NCBI RefSeq assembly: GCF_006345805.1
Contig: NC_043013.1
Location: 45,322,001 to 45,386,000 of the forward strand
Direction: 5' to 3'
DNA length: 64,000 nt
Source of the DNA: Octopus sinensis
Lineage: Eukaryota
Shown: positions 37,560-50,769 of the stretch, piece after piece
Position numbering within the stretch: position 1 is the first letter of the stretch
How the letters are laid out: every line of letters begins with the position of its first letter
Program-made: the position numbers and the translations under genes
The notes under the pieces: generated by a model
Told to the model about the DNA's origin: nothing
Seen by the model: the letters and a program-made list of their open reading frames with translations, nothing else
Databases searched by the model: none

Positions 37560-37928
37560 GAGCGAACGGTCTTCGTCCCAGAGCTCGCAAGATGGGAGAA
37601 GTCCGAAACGTGGTCCTTTGCTATTCGTAAGACCCGCAGAAGAGAAAGCAGGTCAACCCCCGACATCGAGAGCATCGACGGATGGATGAATGCGCATCCA
37701 GGCTCATCGGTTGCATAGGAAGTCAGGGACAAGAAACAGGAAGAAAGAGTGAGAGAAAGTCGGGGTGAAAGAGTACAACAGGGGTCGCCACCACCCACAG
37801 CCGGAACTTCGTGGAGCTTTTAGGTGTTTTCGCTCAATAAACACGCGCAACGCCCGGTCTGGGAATTGACACCACGATCCTCCGACCGGGAGTCCGCTGC
37901 CCTAACCATTGGGCCATTGCGCCTCCAC
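37560..37928 (-). mobile_element. SINE family C, tail type ii ending in (CAG/CAA)n
   Basis: Head and body as 1660-1848 and 42700-42895, different 3' part. Confidence 0.75.
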
Positions 37929-38104
37929 TAGTAGTCACTGCTGAACATCAGCGATACATTCCAGAAGTTTTGAGACTTTATTTTAAAGTAATGCTGTGAT
38001 ACATTTCATTTAGTCAGTCATGGTCATACTCATCTAACAAGTCGACAGCCGTCATGTACGCATGAATGCATGTATGTGAGTACGTATGCATGCATGGATG
38101 TTCT

Positions 38105-38443
38105 GCGAGCCCTTTCGGTCACGATACTGACCATGGGATTGCACCTAGAAAGTTACCATCCCAGGCACAAGTCCGGGCAAGGTTGTTTATGCAAGACCAG
38201 CAGTCGCCCATGCATACCGGCCTCCCCTCTTCACGCCACTGATGTTATCCAAGGGAAAGGCAAAGGGGCCGATACAGCTTGGCACCCGTGAAGTCGCAAC
38301 TCATTTCTACAGCTGAGGGAACTGGAGCAACAGGAAATAAAGTGTCTTGCCCAAGAACACAACACGCAACCCGTTCCAGGATTCGAGCTCACAACCTCAC
38401 GATCGTAAGCTCGACGCTCTAACCACTGAGCCATGCGCCTTCA
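38105..38443 (-). mobile_element. SINE family D, full length
   Basis: Head gaaggcgcatggctcagtggttagagc, CORE-like ttgggcaagacact..cagctgtagaaatg, tail shared with 49275-49500 and 63758-63960. Confidence 0.85.
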
Positions 38444-38444
38444 C

Positions 38445-38915
38445 AAGTATGCATGTATGTATGTACGTATGTATGTATGTATGTATGTATGTATGTATGT
38501 ATGTATGTATATCCGTGTGTGTGTGTATGTATGTATGTATGTATGTATGTATGTATGTATGTATATTCGTATGTATGTATGTATGTATGTATGTATGTGT
38601 ATGTATGTATGTAGTATGTATGTATGTATGTATGTATGTATGTATGTATGTATATTCGTGTGTATGTATGTATGAATGTATGCATGTATGTATATTCGTA
38701 TGTATGTATGTATGTATTTATGTATGTATGTATGTATGTATGTATGTATGTATGTATGTATGTATGTATGTATGTATGTATGTATGTATGTATGTATGTA
38801 TGTATGTATGTATGTATGTATGTATATCCGTGTGTGTGTGTATGTATGTATGTATGTTGTATGTATGTATGTATGTATGTATGTATGTATGAATATATGT
38901 ATGTATGTATGTATA
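38445..38915. repeat. (TATG)n array
   Basis: Direct reading. Confidence 0.95.
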
Positions 38916-39554
38916 CATGCACATGAGAATGTGTGAATATTTTCATTCTAGGACCTAATATGGAGAATCTTCAGAACGTTTTACAAATCTTCACTCTACC
39001 TTCAATCGACTGGATTTAAAGGATGCGAATCGGTTTGATTTGTTCTTTCTTGGACAACTCTAGCATTCTCAGGTTTTTTTATGTAAACCCCTTGTTAGAT
39101 AACCCAGTGCGCCCATAATACTAGGATTGGTACAAATGAAAATCAATAGGCAGGGCAAAAGAGCGGTTAGCTTCGCATTAGCTCACCCCAAATATCCTTT
39201 TATTACAGTTTTGCAGACGATGTCTTGTTTGGTACAGCGCCACGCTCCCTTCTGTCATCTTTTCCTGTTCATCAGTCACCACATCGTTTCAAGGCGATCT
39301 TAGAGAGACATATTCAAGCAACCTCTGTACAGTTTACGTAACATTTAATCATGCTTTGGGGCTGTAGTTTTTAGTCATATGTGTCTCCAGGATCTGAGCC
39401 GGGATTACTGTCTGTCAGTTTGATACATCAAACACAACATTTTTGTAGAACGTGAGCTTTCTATATCGGTATCCGACTTTTGGCCTATTTCAATTAATTT
39501 TCCATTCGGTAGCTTTGCCATTAACGCCGAGAAAGTTTCACTGGTGATGTCATA

Positions 39555-39902
39555 TATTGGGTTGTCCCGAAAGTTCGTACCGATTTATAGTAGCTTACCT
39601 TTCGACTTATTTTAGAACATGGTTGAGTCCATAAAATAGGATTGACTACACCTCCATTTAGAGCACAGTTTAAGCTATCTTTTCGTGGAAGAAGGTTTAT
39701 GTTCCTATAACCTGTGTTAATTTTGTAACCCTTTAAAATGGAAGATATGAAAGTTCATTTTCGGCACTTGATGCTTTGGGAACCAGACGAAAATTGCTGC
39801 AGCTCGGCTGGGATGTGTTACCCCACCCTCCATATTCACCAGATATTGCTCCTTCGGATTTCCACTTATTCAGGTCTCTGCAGAATAGTCTTAATGATAA
39901 AA
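39555..39902 (+). mobile_element. Internally deleted mariner transposon
   Basis: TA+TTGGGTTGTCCCGAAAGTTCG TIR; MEDMKVHFRHLMLWE N-terminus joined directly to KLLQLGWDVLPHPPYSPDIAPSDFHLFRSLQNSL (D,D34D motif region). Confidence 0.85.
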
Positions 39903-40979
39903 ATACATATATACATACATACATACATACACACACACATTGGGAGAGAAGTGATTAATTTTGGTTCTATGTTATCTGTTGGGTCAAATTCAATTACTCC
40001 CATCTCGTGGCAGTTGGTAACTACAACATAATGCAGTAAGACATTCAATGTCTATAACTGGAAGTTTCAATATGTGTTCAGTGTTCAATAACAGCTCAAT
40101 TGCTTACAGATACCATCAAGTCTGTTGGTTTTCTATCGACTCGAATCATAGCCATTCGTTCACCGTGTGGTATGTTGATGCAAATAGCGATTTTGCTAAG
40201 TGCTGTGCTTTAAGCCTTTTTCTATGACACAAAAGATTCAGATTGCATCCTTCACTGATATCTGTTTGTTAATAAATGGCTACGGTGTCTCTGTGATGGC
40301 AGCAATACTAACTTAATTACTATCATTTTTTTCATCTTGATAATTTTCCCGAGGGCTGAATCAACAGGGCAGCTGTTCATGCTGTCATTTACTGTGCATT
40401 TTCAATAGTTGCTTTATAGGGTAATACATTTCTTCTCAACAAACGTAGCTCGTTGGCACAGCTGCGTCGCGCTGAAATGCAAGAGATTAGAATATTACAG
40501 TATTTTACGTCCCACAAACTCTTCACCCGTTTCATATAACCGATCGAAGGATATTCTCCAGCTTTTATTTTTGGTTTTATATCATTAGTAAAGGCTTTGA
40601 ATCACTTCAAAAGTCCACTGGAATTTGTCTTGATAGTTTCGCAACATTTAGTAGATGACCTCGGCTTGTAGAGTGTGTGTGATTTAAAGGAAATTGATAT
40701 TAGTTTTTCTATGCGATGATATTCGTTTTTAAGATTGTAGGATGTGTAGTATAAGGCTTTCCGTCTGTCTATGCACATATCAGGGATTATACACATAAAT
40801 GTGAATTAGGAGAAATTTTATTGGTTATTCCTAGCTTGAATAGACCTTTGATGAAAGCCTATCATCTTTTTTAAACAGGCACATTTTTTTTATAGGTTTC
40901 GTCCGGAGATAGGGATCAGCCCCTGAATCTTTGCAAACCTCCGAAACCAATGATATCGAAGTCGTTAACGCTGCTTGAA

Positions 40980-41310
40980 TTACTAGAAGTTGACGGTTGT
41001 AAGAAAAATATAAGGAGTATAGAGGGCTCTTTTAAAGGACGATGTACTGGTAGGGAGTATTGAGTGCAGTGGTTCGGGCGAAGTTCCCATATGGATGATT
41101 ACAAGAAGACAGATGAATAAGTTGAGTGCTGAGAGTGTAGGGGATGAAACTACTTGATGTAGAAAGACGAGGATTCTGAAAGATTCGGTTTTTAGATCAG
41201 AGCACCTGTATGAAATGAACGTAACAACCAAGAAGTGTTGCGGTGATTGAAGGCACCGGGGCCGATGACTTCCGTAACGAGTGAAGATGCATTTATCCAA
41301 ACAAGACAAT
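40980..41310 (-). pseudogene. Possible degenerate CR1/L2-group LINE 3' end
   Basis: Weak blocks LQSPQH..RCSDL and FARTTAL..SFKRAL resemble LINE RT C-terminal motifs. Confidence 0.35.
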
Positions 41311-42511
41311 TTTTATTTTACGAGGCTTGTATTCATCGTAAATATTTAGGGGACAATATTTCGTATATGCAAGGATGAACGTTCCTCTGTATTGACTAAC
41401 AGACCGACATCGATGCTATGTTTATGTATGATATGTATGCATGCATACAGGTATGCATGTTTCTATGCATGCATGTGCGTTTGTATGAATAAATGAGCGT
41501 GTGATCCTATGTTTGTATGTATGTATGTATATATATTTGCATGTATGTATGTGTGTGTGTATGCATGTATGCATGCACGCATTTATGTGTATTTGTATGT
41601 ACGTGTGAATGTATATTTGTGCGTGTGTGTATGCATGAACGCATGCATGCACAGATGTATATTTGTAAGCATGCATGTATGTATGTATGTACGTATGTAT
41701 GTATGTATGTATGTATGTATGTATGTATGTATGTATGTATGTATGTATGTATGTGTAGTGGATCTTGCATGCATGAAGTGGATTCAATCGACCATAGCCA
41801 AATTTAAATTAACACTGCAACAGAACTTTTCCCACGGTGAAACAACAGTTTTTCTGTGACAGCAGTTTTACATTTCTCAGATGCCTTTAGCTAGGCTGAA
41901 ATAATATCTTCACGACTTGACCCTTTCTGATCTCTTCTACTTCACCAAAAGCTAGAATAGAGATAACAAGACCACCAACTAAATCTATTGTTTTTAATGA
42001 TATGTCTATCCTTCTGGATAGTTATAAAAGCAAGCACACCCAAGCAAAAATCAGTTAGTCACAATCGGTGACGACTCAACGAGTCCAGTCACATGGTGAC
42101 AACTCATCGATGTCTGGCTGACCAGCTAGAACATTGGTCAGAGGGAGAAATGAAGTTTACTGTCAGCAACTGTGAGTTAAATCCTACACCCTACAACTCT
42201 CACTAGCTCTAATTCTTTTCTCTTATAACATCATTCTATCTCTCTCTGTAATTACTACTAAACAATAAAGAGGGCACAAACACAAACTTTACTTCGCATG
42301 CTTTTGGATTTATCATAACCTACCCGTCAAGGCAAGGTATTGTAACGGAATAGTAAATGAATACTTTCTTAAAACTTCATGCATTGTTCATCTTTCACAT
42401 CCTACAGTATGCAATTATCGTAACAAATTTTTATCGTCTCAACTGTTGACTCCGACATCATATTATTGTGTAACTAATCACTATCTATCGTTACATATGT
42501 ATACATGTGGA

Positions 42512-42895
42512 TGGAAGCACTCCGTCGGTTACGACGATGAGGGTTCCGGTTGATCCGAATCAACGGAACAGCCTGCTCGTGAAATTAACGTGTAAGTGGC
42601 TGAGCACTCCACAGACACGTGCACACCCTTAACATAGTTCTCGGGGATATTCAGCGTGACACAGAGAGTGACAAAGCCGGCCCCTTGAAATACAGGTACA
42701 ACAGAAACAGGAAGTAAGAGTGAGAGAAAGCTGTGGTGAAAGAGTACAGTAGGGATCACCACCATCCCCTGCCGGAGCCTCGTGGAGCTTTTAGGTGTTT
42801 TCGCTCAATAAACACTCACAACGCCCGATCTGGGAATCGAAACCGCGATCCTATGACCGCGAGTCCGCTGCCCTAACCACTGGGCCATTGCGCCT
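42512..42895 (-). mobile_element. SINE family C, full length, tail type iii
   Basis: Head ggcgcaatggcccagtggttagggc, B-box ggtttcgattcc; tail ends gtcgtaaccgacggagtgcttcca. Confidence 0.85.
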
Positions 42896-44437
42896 ACGTG
42901 TATACGTGTGTATATGTAAGGACAAATGTACTCTATGTGTCAAGTTTGTTCACTGTGCAGATATTTCGTTTTTTAAATCCTACAAAAGAAAGTTTAATTG
43001 GAATAAGAGATTATAAATTAACCGCATTCTAATTTTATTTCTTGTTTAAAGCCACATCCTGTTAAATAAACGAGGAAATAACGAATAAAACCAGGTTATA
43101 TCATATCTTCTTGGTATGATTCACAGCACGTCTGTGTACCGGATATCAATATCTTATATTCAGCTACGAAATCATTGCATCTTCGTTAAGAGCAGTCAAA
43201 TCGTCGTGAAATTAAATATACAATCAACCGTAGTTCTATTAATTGCTACCATTAAACAAACACACTACATTGGACTATGGAATATAATCGTAGCGAACTC
43301 TCAATCGTATCAACTTCTACTGCGTTAATATTTTCTCTTAAAAATAGAGAAGTAAAAATCCCATCAATGCTTGTTACTGAGCAATAAACATCTCTTAGTG
43401 ATGACACTCAAGACAGGGTTGTTTAGACTAAATATCTTGATTTTCTCACAAACATGTCATTAGTATTTCACAGAAAATAGCGACGTAAAAGTCATACAAG
43501 ACGTGGAGTGGAAATTACCAGCTTGGTTTCTGATTTCTACCAATTCTTCAAGCTGGGGTTGCTTTAAAAGGACTATGACCGAAACTAAAGATATTAGGGG
43601 TTCAAGTGAGGTTTTATCCCACACAAACAAGCTATCAATCTAAAAGAGAGATAGTATTTTTAGAAATTCTATCTTTTTATCAAGCTGTGAACCAGCAGAT
43701 ATTATAAACAACGCGAGGAAACTTAACTGTTTTTCTTAGTACACTTCAGAAAAAGACACCGAACTAAAAATTCATACAAACACCATGAATAGAATATTTT
43801 GCAAAACTGTTCAGGTTTGAAATCTCATCTCCACTTATCTTTTTCAGGGGTTATTCTGCGGCTTGTTTTTTACAATTAAAAACATAATGTAGCTAAGATC
43901 AGCGACTTAGTCTGCACCCACGCACATATACATACATATACAAATACGTAAACATACGAACCCCTTCAGTACATAATTATGTTTAAAATACGGTGCAAAA
44001 TATTTGCCTGTGTAACGAGAAAAAAAAACAAAAAAACGTAAAAATAATAAGGAAAGAACAATAAGAGAAAAATAAAAGCAAACAATTATTCTCTTTCAGA
44101 TGATTTATGTCAAACTGATATTTGCTATAAGGAAATCAGCTGGCGCCAAAGAACAACGATGGAACAATTAAGATGTAATGACGGAAACCGACTGGTTATG
44201 GTAGAAAGACAAACTAGAATGACTGGAGATAATTCTTTCTAACGGTTAATAAGGAAATTAGAACCATTCAAAAGTACTGGAAGACAAGAAACAGTAATAA
44301 TGGAAACAACTTTTAGTAACAAATTTAACTGTTAATAATAACTCCGATTTTAAAATAGCTATCATACATCGTCTCTTCGAACGTGGTGAAAGATGACTCA
44401 AAGGGTTAGCATCAGGAAGGGAGTCCGACTGTAAAAC

Positions 44438-44541
44438 ATTGCCTTAAACAAGGGTCTATTAAGCAATGCCTTAAACAAGGATCTATTAAGCAATGCCTTA
44501 AACAAGGGTCTATTAAGCAATGCTTTAAACAAGGGTCTATG
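44438..44541. repeat. 27-bp minisatellite, 4 units
   Basis: gccttaaacaagg recurs at 44441, 44468, 44495 and 44522. Confidence 0.9.
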
Positions 44542-44684
44542 ATGAGTACGATTGAAACTGTCGTGGGATCGATAAGTCTAAATTTAGCCTTGGCACGGAG
44601 AATAGCCTTAAAACTTTTAATAGTTGTATTTAATTCTTTTAGCTTTTACTTGTCTCAGTCACTAGACTACGGTCCACTGCCTTT

Positions 44685-45206
44685 GGATTTTTACCTTTTG
44701 ACCTACAGATTTAAAAAATAATTTTTTGTAGCCAAACACTTTCAAACTTCGGACACTGGTAGAATGTGTCATATAAAACATCTTTTACTCTTAGCATTTT
44801 TGAGAAAAACTTATATTTACGAAGTTATTTCACGTTAAAGTTCTCGTATTTCGGTAATTTCAACCAATCAGTTGACGTGTATTCAGCTGAATAAAATTAC
44901 TGCTGTTTTTTGTCAACAAGAACTTCCGGCGGTGTATATTTCGTTTGTCACTGTTATTTATGAGAACCCTAACCCTAAAACCCTAACCCTAACCCTAACC
45001 TTAACCCTAAAACCCTAACCCTAACTCTAAAACCCTAACCCTAAAACCCTAACCCTAATCCTAAAACCTTAAAACCAGTACAAACGCACGAACGATGTCA
45101 TAAATAACAGTGACAAACGAAATATACACCGCCGATAGTTGTCGTTAACAAACAACGGCAGTAATTTTATTCAGCTGAATACACGTCATTGATTGGTTGA
45201 AATTAC
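44685..45206. mobile_element. Fold-back relative of the Merlin-like MITEs with a telomeric-repeat loop
   Basis: GGATTTTTACCTTTTGA start and shared aaacacttt.aaacttcg..actggtagaatgtgt block; arms 44854-44963 / 45098-45206. Confidence 0.75.
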
Positions 45207-46635
45207 GTGATGTGGATGTTTAGGACAGAACTGCTGGCGGTAAATATGACATCAAACTAGAGGAATGACGAAGGAAAGCTCTCTTCTGTTCTGTTCTGTG
45301 TCTTCTTGTAAATATCTGAAACAGGAAGTTCTAGAAGCTGTTATGGAAATGAGTTATGTTTGCAAATAGTAGTTGGCGAATGATATTGTGGGGATTATTA
45401 TTAGTTTTTTTTTTATATATAGAGAGGGGTTTAGAGAATTAGGCTTTAGAAGCTGCTAAATGGAATACCCAACTAAAATCGATCAGAACCTCATATTAGT
45501 TGTCTCTAAGCAGTTCTGTGTATCTGCATAGAATGAGAATGGAATTCCCTGGTTTAGTCGGAGATTTATTTATGAAATCCCGAAGTTTTCAGAAGTCTGA
45601 ATCTTTGGAGTAGTTTTACAGGAATTAAGGTTGGAAATATACGATGATATTGCCTGGTCAGCATAAAACACTGAGTATTACGATGAATTAAGTGCATTTT
45701 CCACCTTGAAACACTTGCTATTTGAAGTACCTGCAACAAAGATAGTTGAGGACCCTATGGGATAATTGATTAAGATGTCAGATCACTCATTAAAAGGGTC
45801 AAGAACTTCAATTCAGAGATGGGATTCAAAGAATGAATGGATTTAGGAAGCAGAATTTCTGGAAAGGTATTTCAGAAGAGTAATTTTAAAAGTATACTTC
45901 AAGAATTATCACTTGTTACTATGAATATCATAAATATTTGAAAAGAAGCTGGCCAATACGATTCGTTTGTTGAGTTTATTTATACATTTATTGTAGACCT
46001 ATTTTCAAATGGCTTTCGGACTTGACAATTCCATCCTGTTCCTCTAAGACCACATTATCCTATATCCCTTTTTAAAGATGATAATGTGTGATTTGAGGAG
46101 ATTTGACAGCTAGTTCAAGCAGCTGAAACGATTGCGGAGAGTTTTCCTGAAGACTCTGCTATTGATGACAAAGAGAATGGGTTAAACTTCAGCTCTTTGG
46201 TAATTCCAAATAAGGAGAATTAGAACTTCTGCAAAAGTATATTGCACGTCGGTCAAAGAACTTCTAAGAAGGCCGTCTTCAAGAAACCAATTTAAGATAA
46301 TTGCCTGTGACAGGAAGTTTCTACTTGTAACATTTTTTTTTGTCTTATGGTGAACCGTTCTAACTCTCTGGTCACTAATGTGACGAAACTTACATTAGGT
46401 GTCTCAGTCGTTCGTTCTAAGACTACTTGTTGCTTTCCATGCACGAGGAACTGGAATGACTGTGCGCTTAAAGAAATTAACTCCACAAAGCCGTAGTTCA
46501 AGGTTTTCTATCCTACGGAGCAACACATTGGGCAAACGCTTTCTTACCAAAGCCTCGAGTTAACTAACAACCTGAGTGAAATTTGGTAGGCGTAAACTGT
46601 ACGGAAGGCTTTCTCATACTCATATACATACGTGT

Positions 46636-46665
<30 letters not shown>

Positions 46666-46670
<5 letters not shown>

Positions 46671-46955
46671 GACAGGGAGATAGAAACGACTATTTCCTTG
46701 CATGTTGAAAAATAGATGCTTTAATGAAACATTTATAATTCACCTTGGTGCGAAAAAAAGCTGTCAGCGGGCGAGACGAACAGAATAATATTTTAAAATT
46801 TACACTATTAACTCACAGTAAATTTTAAAATATTATTCTGTTCGTCTCTCCCGCTGACAGCGTTTTAGTATCAACTTGAATTATAGATGTTTCATTAAAA
46901 CATCTATTTTTCAACATGCAGGGAAATTGTCGTTTCTATATCCCTCTCCATTTTA
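46666..46955. mobile_element. Palindromic (fold-back) MITE-like element, ~290 bp
   Basis: Inner stem 46760-46803 / 46818-46861 with 1 mismatch; complementarity extends to 46674 / 46945. Confidence 0.8.
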
Positions 46956-47044
46956 TTATGCATGTTTGAATTTGCCGCCAAGCAGAAGTATGTTAAAACT
47001 TGACAAGGAAGTTTAGCTTTCTTTCACTGTTGTTTTGAAATAAT

Positions 47045-47076
<32 letters not shown>

Positions 47077-47111
47077 TGTATGTATGTATGTATGTATGTA
47101 TGTATGTATGT

Positions 47112-47503
47112 AGGAGTGGCTGTGTGGTAAATAGCTTGCTAACCAACCACATGGTTCCGGGTTCAGTCCCACTGCGTGGCATCTTGGGCAAGTGTCTTCT
47201 GCTATAGCCCCGGGCCGACCAATGCCTTGTGAGTGGATTTGGTAGACGGAAACTGAAAGAAGCCTGTCATATATATGTATATATATATGTATGTGTGCGT
47301 GTGTTTGTCCCCCTAGCATTGCTTGACAACCGATGCTGGTGTGTTTACGTCCCCGTAACTTAGCGGTTCGGCAAAAGAGACCGATAAAATAAGTACTAGG
47401 CTTACAAAAAGAATAAGTTCCGGGGTCGAGTTGCTCGATTAAAAGCGGTGCTCCAGCATGGCCGCAGTCAAATGACTGAAACAAGTAAAAGAGTAAAAGA
47501 GTA
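47112..47503 (+). mobile_element. SINE family A, full length, inside (TATG)n
   Basis: Near-consensus copy. Confidence 0.9.
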
Positions 47504-47870
47504 TGTATGTATGTATGTATTATGTATGTATGCGTATGTGTGTGTATGTATATGAGTGGTTGTATCACATCACCGCTTATATATATATATATATGTTCGA
47601 CAGTTATGCTCTCTACTTCTCTTCAAAAATCCATTATTCGTTATCCTTCTGTTGTTCTGTCAAAGACTTCGGTTCTTTACAACTGTCGTCAACCAGCCAG
47701 ATATCTCATCAATTTAGGAACTTCGTTAAAGCTATTCTCCGCTCGGTCGTTGCCATTCTCTACAACCATATAATCCATTGCAACTAATCGGCTCACACAA
47801 ATCTTCATCCTAAATTATTCTTGGAAAATCAAACAGCTCTTGACAGCCTTACTTTAAAAAATATTGAAAC

Positions 47871-47901
<31 letters not shown>

Positions 47902-47937
47902 CAGCAGCAGAAGCAACAACAGTTATAGTAGTGGTTA

Positions 47938-48260
47938 GTGAGGGCGCGTGGCTTAGTGGTTAGGGCATTCGGCTCATGATCGTAAGGTTGTGAGTTCGAT
48001 TCCCGGCGACGCGTTGTGTCCTTGAGCAAGACACTTTATTTCACGTTGCTCCAGTCCACTCAGCTGGCAAAAATGAGTTGTACTTGTATTTCAAAGGGTC
48101 AGCCTTGTCACTCTCTGTGTCACGCTGATTTTCCCCGAGAACTACGTTAAGGGTACACGTGTCTGTGGAATGCTCAGCCATTTGCACGTTAATTTCACGA
48201 GCAAGCTGTTCCGTTGATCGTATCAGCTGGGACCCTCGTCGTCGTAACCGGCGGAGTCTT
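47938..48260 (+). mobile_element. Chimeric SINE: family D head/core with the family C type-iii tail
   Basis: gtgtccttgagcaagacactttatttcacgttgctccag core followed by tgtatttcaaaggg...gtcgtaaccggcggagt. Confidence 0.8.
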
Positions 48261-48344
48261 TTTTTTTTATAGTAGTGGTAGTAGTGGTTGTCGGTGGTAT
48301 TAGCAATAGCAGCAGGAGCGCTAGTGGTCTCATTATTATCATAA

Positions 48345-48801
48345 ATAAGGCGACGAGCTTGCAAAATAGCGCAGCGTAAAAAATGTTTAGCGGCATTTTT
48401 TCCGGCTCTACGTTCTGAGTTCAAATCCCGCCGGGTCAACTTTGGCTTTCATTATACCCTGGTTGATAAAATAAGTACCAGTTGAGCACTGGCGTCGATG
48501 TAATCGACTTAGCCCCTCCTCCGAAATTGCTGGCCTATTGCAGTAAGGATTATTATTAATAGTATGGCGGCTAGTTGCAAAAGGGTTAACGCATCGTACA
48601 CAATGAATAACGGTATTTCTTCCGGTTCTTTACGTTCTGAGTTCAAACTCCGTTGAGATCGACAACGCCTTTCATCCTTCGATAAAATACAGTACCAGTC
48701 ATGTACGGGGATCAATGTAAACGAGTTGAACTCATTCCCATCAAAACTGCTGGCCTTGTACTAAAATTTGAAATAAGTAGTAGTAGTAGTAGTAGTAGTA
48801 A

Positions 48802-48839
<38 letters not shown>

Positions 48840-49250
48840 AGAAGGCGGCGAGCTAGCAGAGACGTTAGCACGTCGGGCGAAATGCTTAGCCGTATTTCGT
48901 CCGCCGCTGCGTTCTGAGTTCAAATTCCACCGAGGTCGACTTTACCTTTCATCCTTTTGGGGTCGATTAAATAAGTACCAGTTACGCACTGGGGTCGATA
49001 TAATCGACTTAATCCGTTTTTGTCTGTCCTTGTTTGTCCTCTCTGTGTTTAGCCCCTTCTGGGTAGTAAAGAAATAGGTATTTCGTCTGCCGCTACGTTC
49101 TGAGTTCAAATTCTGCCGAGGTCGACTTTGCCTTTCATCCTTTCGGGGTCGATTAAATAAGTACCAGTTATGCACTGGGGTCGATATAATCGACTTAATC
49201 CGTTTGTCCCCTCTGTGTGTAGCCCCTTGTGGGCAGTAAAGACATAAGTA
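48345..49250 (+). mobile_element. Cluster of SINE family B copies including a dimer (48840-49250)
   Basis: Heads at about 48347, 48566 and 48841; a second monomer starts at about 49077. Confidence 0.8.
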
Positions 49251-49274
49251 GTAGTAGTAGTAAAAAACTCTCGA

Positions 49275-49630
49275 CTCCGTCGGTCATGAATGACCATGGG
49301 TGCACCAAAGATGTTCCCCTCTGGTGTACAAATTTGGGCGGAAAGTCGCCTCGCTGGCGAACGAACAATCTGGGTTGTTTTTATGGAAGACCAGCAGTCG
49401 CCCATGCATACTAGCCTCCCCTTTCCACGGCACTGATGTGATTCAAGGGAAAGGCAAAGGGGCCGATACAGCTTGGCACCTGTGACGGCACAACTCATTT
49501 CTACAGTTGAGTTAACTAGAGCAACGTGAAATAAAGTATCTTGCTCAAGAGCACAACAGCAGCCTGGTCAGGAAATCGAACTCACAACCTCACGATCGTA
49601 AGCTCTAACCACTGAGATATGCGCTTTCAC
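49275..49630 (-). mobile_element. SINE family D
   Basis: Matches 38105-38443. Confidence 0.8.
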
Positions 49631-49751
49631 CGTAGTAGTAGTGGCAGTAATAGTCATGGCGGTAGTAATAGTTGTGGCGCTAGTAGTAGTGGTGGTTGTA
49701 CCAACAGCAGTATCAGCAGCTGTAGTAGTAGTAGTGGTCATGGTAAAATGA

Positions 49752-50143
49752 TACTCTTTTACTCTTTTACTTGTTTCAGTCATTTGACTGCGGCCATGCT
49801 GGAGCACCGCCTTTAGTCGAGCAAATCGATCCCGGGACTTATTGTTTTGTAAGCCTGGTACTTATTCTATCGGTCCCTTTTGCCGAACCGCTATGTTACG
49901 GGGACGTAAACACACCAGCGTCGGTTATCAAGCAATGTTGGGAGGACAAACACAGACACACAAACACACACACACACACACATATACGACAGGCTTCTTT
50001 CAGTTTCCGTCTACCAAATCAACTCACAAGGCTTTGGTCGGCCAGAGGCTATAGTAGAAGACACTTGCTCAAGGTGTCACGCAGTGGGACTGAACCCGGA
50101 ACCATGTGGTTAGTAAGCAAGCTACTTACCACACAGCCACTCC
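49752..50143 (-). mobile_element. SINE family A, full length
   Basis: Near-consensus; possible TSD tgatac. Confidence 0.9.
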
Positions 50144-50409
50144 TGATACAAGCTGTAATGCGACAACTCATATAGCATCATCTCTATTCAGACGGTATAA
50201 ATTATTTCAACGTGAGGTTTATATAAGTGATTATTTGTGCCTGAGTCATTTCTCTAGTTACCAAAACTTGTTGGTTCAAACAACGATCAATATCAATGAT
50301 TTGACATTTAAGCCTGTAGCCAGAATATTTACATTTAGATATTAAGATATCTTCATTTTGGTTGCTTCAGATATCAAATAGATCGTGATTTAACATTGTG
50401 GATATGATA

Positions 50410-50740
50410 TTATTATATGTTTCTTTACTACCCACAAGGGGCTAAACATAGAGGGGACAAACAAGGACAGACAGCGGAATTTGAGCCTAGAACGAAAAGA
50501 CCGACGAAATACCTAAATACAGAGAGGGGCTAAATACAGAGAGGACAAACAAGGACAGACAAACGGATTAAGTCGATTATATGGACCCCAGTGCGTAACT
50601 AGTACTTAATTTTATCGACCCCTATAGGATGAAAGGCAAAGTCGACCTGGGCGGAATTTGAACTCAGAACGTAACGGCAGACGAAATACGGCTACGCATT
50701 TCGCCCGGCATGCTAACGATTCTGCCAGCTCGCCGCCTTT
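50410..50740 (-). mobile_element. SINE family B with partial tandem extension
   Basis: Antisense head at about 50740; tail repeated toward 50420. Confidence 0.8.
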
Positions 50741-50769
50741 ATGGAAATGATATTATTATATATCAACGT

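Noticed and set aside
38950-39540. Possible CR1-like RT remnant
   Set aside because: Only one weak motif (NMSL*DRLETM); too decayed to support
40110-40169. 60-bp plus-strand exon (DTIKSVGFLSTRIIAIRSPC)
   Set aside because: Weak polypyrimidine tract, no recognisable peptide and no partner exons; compatible with chance
44438-44541. CRISPR-like regular repeat
   Set aside because: The units are contiguous with no unique spacers, there are no cas genes, and the context is eukaryotic
45210-45970. Possible Gypsy/LINE coding remnant
   Set aside because: A vague YHRIFPT..LLK similarity only, with many stops
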